Part shown: positions 12,901 to 22,869 of the stretch, in pieces
Position numbering within the stretch: position 1 is the stretch's first letter
Layout of the letters: every line of letters starts with the position of its first letter
NCBI RefSeq assembly: GCF_963853765.1
Contig: NC_088855.1
Coordinates: 48,918,001-48,982,000, forward strand
DNA from: Magallana gigas
Taxonomy: Eukaryota
Direction of reading: 5' to 3'
Length of the DNA: 64,000 nt
The notes under the pieces: generated by a model
The model's input: only the letters and a program-made list of their open reading frames with translations
What the model was told of the DNA's origin: nothing
Databases searched by the model: none
Position numbers and translations under genes: made by a program

Positions 12901-15900
12901 TGTAGACGCTTTAATAATTTAATAACATGTCGTAACTCCAAAACTATAAGCCTGCAATTCAATTCATTGTATGCTTAGCTGCTTCTTTCTAAATTTACAC
13001 CACTAAAGTATTATGGGGTGAAATTTCGATAAACTACTACCAATGACATTTTTTTAATGAATCTTCAATATTACATTCTTTGATTTGTTCTCAATTTACT
13101 TTATGTTTATATAATATTTATCTTGGAAAATATCAGTTCAAAAACATTTGTTAATGTAAGGCATACTTTCTTAATCGTCTTAAATGAACTTTTACTCCGT
13201 GGAGTTGATGTACTTGACTCTCTTAAATAGAATTTTTCACCGTGTCTTATGTCAGTTTATGCTTATAGTGCAAATTTCTGTTTTCAGTCTTATTTATATT
13301 GTGGTATACACCCTTGTCATCGGTCAAGAATTAAGCTTTGGCTTGTTTGGGTGCAGTTTTTGGATTTTCAAAATTCATCCTGCCGGCATAAGTTCATATT
13401 AAGTGCTTTTTACTGGAGCAATTTAGTCTTATTATCGCCATATACAAACAAACATTATTTTAAAGGGTTAAAAACAAGTAGTGCACGTTAAAATGTACCT
13501 TTAGAATAAAATTTGTTGTGATTGACATGCAGAGCGTGACGGTGTCAAGTAAAACACGTTCTTATCATTCTCGTCTACTGGAAAGGTCGAAATATTCTTG
13601 TCTTTTGGAACGATAATCAGATTAGAAATACATTTTATTTAGCATAATAAAAATAAATTCTTCTAAAACATTCTTATTAAACATGATATAACATTAATAG
13701 TAACGATCGTTTTTTAAATATTTTTTGTTATAATGCAAAATTATGCAAATTATGCAAAATACCAAACATTATATAATCCAGAGACACTTTTTGGGTGTTT
13801 TTAAATGGTATTGGAAATATATGAAACGCTAGCCACTTTAATGTATATGCATATTGTCTTAAAAGATTGTAATGGGTTCTTGTAACTTTTAATTTAAATA
13901 TTTCTTGAGCAAGTTTTAATCCCTGAAAAAATTTAAAGGAGAGTCCCTTATCCCAACGTGTCATATTCTGCATATGAGCTGCAATTTCTATTTGCATTTT
14001 TTATTTGAAAATTGAAATTTACCATTTCAGTGACAAAGCAATTACAAGTATGGTTGAAAAACTTGTATTGTGAATTGTTTCCTGAGAAAAGCCATAAAAA
14101 GACTGAAATTGAAGTAAAGTTACATTAATGCCATCCTGCACAAAAAATGAGGTAGCTAAATATACTCCATTATCATGCACGGATCCAGAGGGGGGGGGGG
14201 GGGGTCCGGGGGTCCGGACCCCCCCCCCCCCCCCTCGAATTTTGCCCAAAAAGGGGTTATCAGATTCGATTGTATAAACAAAATTGAAAAACCACCACTA
14301 TCCAGTATAGATCTGACAAGATGCCTATTAGGCTTGTCATTCCAAAAATTTGTGATGCAAAACAAAAGAAGAATGTTCAAGTCCTGCATCTTGAACTACT
14401 AGACCTGATAAGTCGGTTTGAAAGATTTTCACTACTGTTCTACAGTAACTTGCATGCAGTTGCATGTTCATCCACACTGGCCACAAAGAACTTATATCCA
14501 CCGTAAAAAAATATTTATATCCACTGTAGCAGGCGTTACATGTAAGTGCTTGTGTGGCGGCCATAAAATTACCCCCTTACTTCACTCTTAACAGTTATAC
14601 TTACTTTCTGGTCTTTCGAGATCATAAGTCTGTTGAAATTCAATGATTTTGAAAACAGAATGCCGCTTAAGCCGGTGCTCTGGGGGCCCTGGCAGAGTGG
14701 CATATTTCAGTACTGTCAATCAAACATGTACTAAATAAAAAAAAAAAAAATTAAAAAAATAAATATAATAGAAAAAATAGAAATGTCCTATTGTGGAGGC
14801 CTCCACGGGGCTAGAACTGGAAACACTTATATTTAATTAGCGGCTGACATCCACATTTCCTTGAAATAAGGTTGTATCTTTTACAATGCATCAATATGTT
14901 GGTAGGCTCTATCGGACCCCCCCCCCCCCCCTGGGAAAAATGTCTGGATCCGCGCCTGATTATGCTGATTTTTATATTCCTAAAAAAATATTAATATACA
15001 GAATCCATAAGTGCAATGTTCAGCATTGATTCACAAGAGTTGTCAAATATGTCAAAAAATATGTTGTGTTCCACGCAAAAGACTTTATGGCACAGTAAAC
15101 CTCTAGCTTTCAATCATTTTAAAAAATCAAGAAAAATGAACCTTTGGTTTGATGGCCGCATACGTAAGGGGTGTTTGTTGCATTGCTGCCTATTTTTACT
15201 CAGTGATATTTTGGTGTAATGAATATTCATATTGTGGGAATTTTAAACATATGTATTTTGATGTAAAAAAAAAAATAAAACCATACTATTTAGAAAAAAA
15301 TAATGTATGAGTTAGTTCTTACAATAATAATAAATTCATTAATGTCAATATTGTTGAGATTTACATAAGATAAAGCCGTGAAAATTTCATATTTTAAATG
15401 TTATTATAAAATCAAATTAAAAATTACTATGACAGATTGACTGAAAATACTGTATGACCTACTTCTACATCAATAACGACGGGGTCATCTCTCTGTGGTC
15501 CGTTTGTTTAGATGACTTTTCTCTGCCTCTGCTCTTATTGTCCAAAAGCTTTCAATAAGGCCTATGTGAGATATTGTTAATATTTGTTGAGCCATTGATA
15601 AAGATACGCAGTGAAACGGATTAAGATGGAAACTGTAATACCTACATCTGCTAGGACTTCAACTGTAAAACCTACAGTATTGTACATCTGCTAGGACTTT
15701 AACTGTAATACCTATATGTACATCTGTTAGGACTTTAACTGTAATACCTATATGTACATCTGCTAGGACTTTAACTGTAATACCTATATGTACATCTGCT
15801 AGGACTTTAACTGTAATACCTATATGTACATCTGCTAGGACTTTAACTGTAATACCTACATGTACATCTGCTAGGACTTTAACTGTAATACCTATATGTA

Positions 15901-18900
15901 CATCTGCTAGGACTTTAACTGTAATACCTACATGTACATCTGCTAGGACTTTAACTGTAATACCTATATGTACATCTGCTAGGACTTTAACTGTAATACC
16001 TACATGTACATCTGCTAGGACTTTAACTGTTATACCTACATGTACATCTGCTAGGACTTTAACTGTTATACCTACATGTACATCTGCTAGGACTTTAACT
16101 GTTATACCTACATGTACATCTGCTAGGACTTTAACTGTTATACCTACATGTACATCTGCTAGGACTTTAACTGTAATACCTATATGTACATCTGCTAGGA
16201 CTTTAACTGTAATACCTACATGTACATCTGCTAGGACTTTAACTGTTATACCTACATGTACATCTGCTAGGACTTTAACTGTTATACCTACATGTACATC
16301 TGCTAGGACTTTAACTGTTATACCTACATGTACATCTGCTAGGACTTTAACTGTAATACCTACATGTACATCTGCTAGGACTTTAACTGTAATACCTACA
16401 TGTACATCTGCTAGGACTTTAACTGTTATACCTACATGTACATCTGCTAGGACTTTAACTGTTATACCTACATGTACATCTGCTAGGACTTTAACTGTTA
16501 TACCTACATGTACATCTGCTAGGACTTTAACTGTTATACCTACATGTACATCTGCTAGGACTTTAACTGTAATACCTATATGTACATCTGCTAGGACTTT
16601 AACTGTTATACCTACATGTACATCTGCTAGGACTTTAACTGTAATACCTACATGTACATCTGCTAGGACTTTAACTGTTATACCTACATGTACATCTGCT
16701 AGGACTTTAACTGTAATACCTATATGTACATCTGCTAGGACTTTAACTGTTATACCTACATGTACATCTGCTAGGACTTTAACTGTTATACCTACATGTA
16801 CATCTGCTAGGACTTTAACTGTAATACCTATATGTACATCTGCTAGGACTTTAACTGTAATACCTACATGTACATCTGCTAGGACTTTAACTGTAATACC
16901 TATATGTACATCTGCTAGGACTTTAACTGTAATACCTACATGTACATCTGCTAGGACTTTAACTGCAATACCTACATTATTGTACATTTGCCACGACTTT
17001 AAGTGCGATACATACATTATTGATAATTCATCAAATAAATGAATGACATTCTTAATTTTGATACATAATTATAAGTCATAAACATATAAATTTCTGTTTC
17101 AAATAATATTTGTCAATTAATCAAACACTGAAAACTCATGAATTGTTGATTCATGTTATATATGACACTTACTTATAACTTAAATTGTTAAATTGTAAGT
17201 AAAAATTTAAATTGTTAATTTTTAAACTTTTAATGTACAGGTAACACATAATTTATATCATTATTTTTATGCATTTTATATGGTTGAGTATGGTATGAAG
17301 TCATATAAATCATCTAAAGTAGTTTCAAAATCATTTTTGAATCAGCAAAGAACAGGTAAAGATAAAAAAAAAATTGACCCTTCAATAAATCTGAGTATCT
17401 TTTTTGTTTACTTATAGTTTGGGTGTGAGTTGGGTCTTTATATACAAGTTGTATCATTTTACTTTGATGCTCTTTTAAATAAGGTATACATACAGTACAT
17501 GTACAGCATTGAAATAACAAAAACACGTAACAAATTGTTTAAAAATGCAGGGCTTTGTTCTGAGGATTGGAACAGGATGGCCAAAGAGACGCTCACTTCT
17601 GCAATCAAGATGAAACCAAACACCGGAGTGGCAAAAAACGTCATCCTCTTCATCGGAGATGGACTGGGGGTATCCACGCTCAATGCTGCAAGGATATACC
17701 GGGGACAGAAAAACAACAAGACTGGAGAAGAAACTGTGCTAGAGTGGGAAAAGTTTCCTTATGCCGCTTTCTCCAAAGTGAGGCTTTTAAAGAAGAGATT
17801 CTACCAAGTTACATAATGAAGTTGTTTCATTTCAGTTTCAACTTATGTCCTTAATATTGAGTTTTACAGTAAAAAGGACTATTAATTGTATGATACATAA
17901 TATTTGTTACAAGTATCTGAAAACTGTAATAAAAGCAAAGAGTAAAGATAAGTAACACTGCATATGGCACGTAAGACAAATGCTTATGTTTTATTTGTTT
18001 AGATTTATGGTGCGGACAAACAGATTCCCGATTCGGCGCAAACGGCGACCGCCATTCTAGGCGGGGTCAAGGTCAATTACAAAACTGTTGGGGTCACGGA
18101 CGCTGTCCCGGGTGAAGGCTGTGATAAACTGTTAGAACTCGGAGAAGCAGGGAAAGTGGTATCTGTTCTCAGGAAAGCCCTCAGTGAAGGTGAGTTAACA
18201 TATTCTTTCGATGATACACGAACAGAAACATGCAGCTTTTTCTATCAATTATTGCCATCGCTGATAATGGTTTGACATATGAAGGTAAGTCCACTGGAGT
18301 GGTCACCTCTACGAGGCTGACTCACGCGACTCCGGCCGCCACCTACGCCCACTCAGCTCACAGGAACTGGGAGTCGGATGTTGACGTCATTGATGAGGCA
18401 CGCGGGAAGTGTCGCGATATCGCCTACCAGCTGATCCACAACAACAGCGACATCCAAGTACGTTAAGGATTGTTTCTTTTTATAGCGTTTGTTGTTGTAT
18501 TTACGCCTTATAAAAATTCAAAAGGACAGTATTTGTAGTAGTTACCCCATATAATATTGTTGGTTATGTGCAGATACCCGATGGGCGTGGTCATAATGAC
18601 ACGAGGGAGCGTAGCTCCCGAGTGTCGTTATGACCACGCCCATCGGGTATCTGCACATAAACAACAATATCATATGGGGTAAGTTACTTGTACCATAGTT
18701 TACAATTATTCATTATATCTTATTATCATGGTAATATCGGGAGTGCACCTGCCTCTAAACAATACGGTGCCAATGCGTTGGTCTTTATATATGTAATTGT
18801 ACTTTGTGAATTTCCCAAATGACTTTCTATCCCCGACAAAGATTAATTATTCTTCCTTTTTTTTAAATCATAGCCCTAATGCATAGATCGACTTCTCATT

Positions 18901-21886
18901 GTTTTGATTTTATTTCATATTCATTCATTTTCCGACTTATAGTATCGATATTTGCTTCAAAGAATTAAACGTATTAACACAATTTCAAATGTACGAACCC
19001 TAAATTGTGCAATGCTTCTGTTTAAACAATTGAAATTAAATCTAAATTGATGAAGGTAATTATTTTTTTTAAATCTTATTTGATACTCTGTATCAAATTA
19101 TGTTTTTTAAAAGTGGCTGAAAAAATATGTACATATATATTTTGAACAAAATCAATCAATTTAAGCAAAAAAAAATTTATTTGAGAAATGCATGTCGCGA
19201 AACCGTGAATGGTTAATGTCAATTTCGATTGGCTACAGCTATTCACTCTGTCCACAAAACAAGTTTTCTATTCAAACGCTTTCCTATCACGTGATTGACT
19301 TTCTATAACACCTTTAAACAGGATACCCCTATTTCATTTAACACACGTTTCTCTACTTGTCCGCACACATGGAGAGGAATATTAAAATAGAGTCTTTCTG
19401 ACAAAGCCATTGCCGATATTGTTTTGTCTCGAGCTAAAAATGAGATTTATTCGACGAACTCAGTTAGTCGAGTCATTTATCCGTGTTGAGTTTTGGCAAT
19501 TTTGATCTGGAGGAAACTCTTACTGTTGTATACTATGGACGCGCTAAAACAACCTTGTTGATGTTGTTTTTACTCGAGATAGTGGGCGGAGTTTTAAAAA
19601 AGTGTGGGGTTTGCACAAATAACCCACACTTTTAACAATAGAAAACTCGCCAAGCTATGGTACAAAGGACTGTATCGTGCTGGAATCAATTACAGTGTCA
19701 CCACTTACAAAACGGAAAGACGATCTTAACTCAGTATAAAATAAACATTTTTACTGTGCATATATATATGGAAAACAAATGCAACTACGCCTTTCAAACT
19801 TTATTTGAATTGTTCGTAATTCTGACAAGAATTTATTCTTATATAACAAGTATACATATTCACGCGAAGTTTCACATCTATATACATGTATATTGAACTT
19901 AAGAAATATGAGCTGGTTTCATTAGTCACATATTGGCAATGCGATCATCGTTATTTTGCTGTCATTTACAGCACTGATCGAACTAACTCTGCATTCTCAC
20001 TGGTATAAAAGTAAACATGATAATGTAATTTACAATATGACACTTCGTGATGATCTATCATCTATCACGGTATGAGGGGTTTAAAAACGGACATTTCCTC
20101 TATCATTGCTTTGATAATCATTTCGAAATTCAGAACAGCGTATGCTTGCATATAGTGTACTGTATATGGTTTGTTTCTTGTCATTGAAGTTCTTAAGGTG
20201 CTTGTTTCAACTAGATTTTCCAAATATCGATAGAGTTCCTCCAATCAGTCCTTAAAGAATACGTTTGAAACAACTGTATGTTTATTGTTAAAAGTGGTTT
20301 CTAATAAGTAATCCCTTTGTTTTACCAAAGGTGATAATGTTGAAACAACCAATTTCTGTTTTGTTATTTTTATTTATTTTCACCTGTTAGGTACTTTTAG
20401 GTGGGGGGAGGAGAGCCTTCTATCCAACCAACTATTCTGACCCGGAAACAGGAAGAACGGACGTAAATAAAAGAAACGATACCTATAATCTTGTAGAAGA
20501 CTGGCTAAATATACAGAGAGAAAAGAACAGGAAGCACAAGTTTGTGTGGAAAAAAGACGACTTTGATAACATTGACGTAAACAACGTCGATTATGTCCTA
20601 GGTGAGCGAATGATGTGGAATCGGAGGAAAACCAGTAGCGAAAAATACGTTTAGGATCTTAGGCGAAACACAATTAGTTCATTATGTATTGTGTGTCCAT
20701 TGAAATCTAGTCTTAGTATACCAATAAAGAGTGGAAACTTTCTTTTAAATTTTCATCTATATATTTTCTAGGACTATTTAGTCCGTCACACATGGCGTAT
20801 GAAATAGAGCGCGACAAGACCGGAAATGGAGAACCTTCATTATCGGAAATGACGTCAAAAGCAATAAACATTCTTAAAAGAAACAAAGATAAAGGATTCT
20901 TCTTACTAGTTGAAGGTAATGATTATAGTCAAATATTGCAGTATGCAAGCGTCCGATAGTATGCTATATAATATAGCTTTTTCTAATAATCGACCGCATA
21001 ATTATATTTTATTTTCTTCTTTTAATGAAAGGCGGATTGATAGATATAGCTCACCATGACAGCCTCGCTAAGAAAGCACTAGAAGAAACTTTACAGTTTG
21101 AGGAGGCTGTGAAAGTAGCTGCATCAATGACCAATCAAGAAGATACTCTTCTGATTGTAACTGCAGATCACTCGCATCCATTTTCATTGGCTGGTTACAC
21201 TAAGCGCGGAAATCCTGTTTTGGGTTTGAAAACCTTTTTTATAAGTTGATATAAGAATCGACTGGAGATGAATGCAAATATGTTTATTGATCTTGTATAA
21301 CATTATCAATTCTTAGACGCAAGAAGTGCAATTGTTTCAAAACTAAAGACATGTTCGGTAACATATTTATGAGTGTATTTTATTCTGTAGGCTTGGTTGA
21401 TGAAGAATCTGCCAGAATTGAACCTCCTTTAGACAAGAAACCATATACGGCCCTTGTGTATGGCAATGGTCCTGGATATAAAGCCGATAGAGAAAATTTG
21501 ACGGGCGTAGACACTGGTAAAGGTCTTCTTGTAAAACCTCTTGCAGAAAAAATTCTATCGAAAATGATTTGCCATGCTCACATAAATGCATATTGATTCT
21601 ATTTTAAGCTGCTGACAACTACATACAACAGTCGGCAGTTCCTTTAGAATACGAAACGCACAGCGCGGAGGATGTCGGGATATTTTCTCAGGGTCCCATG
21701 TCGCACCTGTTTCATGGCGTCCACGAACAACACTACATAGCGCACGTGATCCAGTATGCGGCCTGTATCGGGGACTACAGAGAGAATTGTGATAGAGAGG
21801 AGAGAAGCACCAGCGGCTCTACAGTCCCGGAAGTACTCTGCTGGCTTCTACTCGCATCGTTCTTGGCTTCCAGAATAGGGACTTAA
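9980..21886 (+). CDS. ALPL: Alkaline phosphatase, tissue-nonspecific-like (ALP-2), complete, with signal peptide and hydrophobic GPI-type C-terminus
   Basis: Exons 9980-10019, 17551-17777, 18003-18189, 18285-18457, 20391-20601, 20772-20915, 21032-21223, 21391-21516, 21609-21886, GT-AG with consistent phases. N-terminus [17 protein letters not shown]; motifs [48 protein letters not shown]; tail [20 protein letters not shown]. Four internal exon sizes (187, 211, 192, 126) equal those of ALP-1. Exon 1 assignment is inferred from phase and signal-peptide character. Symbol is family-level only. Confidence 0.93.
11791..12533. mobile_element. MITE-like element with ~187-bp degenerate inverted arms
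   Basis: 11791-11977 aligns to the reverse complement of 12347-12533 (for example AATCAACTCCCTTCAGTACCTCAGTACTTTGATT vs AATCAAAGTACTGAAGAACTGATGGGAGCTGATT). Confidence 0.75.
12629..12713. mobile_element. 85-bp fold-back mini-element
   Basis: GTCTCGTTCAAC..ACGCTCG..CCGTAAA pairs with TTTACGG..CGAGCGT..GTTGAACGAGAC around a ~13-nt loop. Confidence 0.7.
14174..14958. mobile_element. G-tract MITE, 16-bp TIR, 5-bp TSD ATTAT (hAT5-like)
   Basis: TIRs CATGCACGGATCCAGA / TCTGGATCCGCGCCTG (2 mismatches); ATTAT on both sides (14169-14173, 14959-14963); subterminal poly-G/poly-C. Superfamily assignment is inferred. Confidence 0.8.
15060..15660 (+). pseudogene. Decayed duplicate of the ALP-2 first (signal-peptide) exon and flanks
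   Basis: GTGTTCCACGCAAA, TTTGGTTTG, GGGTGTTTGTTGCATTGCTGCCTATTTT and AGATGGAAACTGTAATACCTAC match 9870-10220 in the same order. The ATG and the GTAAG donor are lost. Confidence 0.75.
15633..17002. repeat. Minisatellite: 35 x 36-bp units (15703-16962) flanked by two 40-bp units and one 30-bp unit
   Basis: Unit CTGT(A/T)ATACCTA(C/T)ATGTACATCTGCTAGGACTTTAA; 1260 nt = 35 x 36; no spacers. Confidence 0.98.
18542..18682. repeat. Long near-perfect inverted repeat (~65-bp arms) with apex GGGAGC-GTA-GCTCCC, in an ALP-2 intron
   Basis: TATGTGCAGATACCCGATGGGCGTGGTCATAATGACAC pairs with GTGTCGTTATGACCACGCCCATCGGGTATCTGCACATA. Confidence 0.9.
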
Positions 21887-22869
21887 AATCTGCTTAGAAA
21901 ACGATATAAAAACCAAGTGTCTTCATTGCGATGGACAGAATGGACATTGTTCTTCATTTTTTGTTAAATATTAAACACATGTAAATTTATATCCAATTTA
22001 TACACAGAAAATCATTACGGTCTATGTAAACCTTTAAACTTTACTATAATCTTAGTTTACTTTGTGTTTTTAATAGGAATGATCTGATTCGATAAAACTA
22101 ACCAATGGGAATAACGGCCAATGAGAGAGTAAAGGAAATTGTTCACCAACCTCATCCATATGCACACAAGAACTAGCGTAACTTAATTCTTAAGTAGATA
22201 TAGTAACTATATGCATTTGAAAAAAAAAAACAAATTGTGTTGTATAAACATTTAATAATAATGACTGTTTAATTACAAATTTTCCAACATTAAGACACTG
22301 AAGAAATTAAAAGAAAGTAACTTGAAGGAAGCTTGAAGGTAACTGACCACCCCAAACGTAACATGTAGTTATCAAAATGTAAAGATGAACAAAAATCGAA
22401 TTGTTTATCACCTGAACACGTGCAATATTATTTTTTATTGCTTCATATACAATTTTAAACACTTTTATGCATATTGTTACTTACATTTTAACTTTTCTTT
22501 TAGGACAAATGAGCATACGTCACGTTATTTTCATAAAATCATCATGTTGTTTTAATAATAGACATGTCTTCCTTCAATGGCAAACCTACGTCTATTCTAC
22601 ATCGTAAACATGTGTATACATACGTTTTTATTTTTATGTTATTCAATAAAAATTGATAATACCGTGTATATTGTGCCTTTCCCCTTTTTCGTGTATTCTG
22701 ATTAACATACCCTGATCATATTTTCTAACCGGGGGTAAAACTATACTTTAAATTGATTTCGACCATCAAGACTCGATAAGGATGGGTTAAGGTCATATAT
22801 GTAATACATCTTCAGGTCGTGATAATATTTTAGTAAAGAAGATATATAAAATAATTAACAACAACAGGA

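Noticed and set aside
15633-17002. CRISPR array (36-bp repeats)
   Set aside because: Units are head-to-tail with no spacers, no cas genes are present, and the context is a eukaryotic intron with a local single-copy ancestor.
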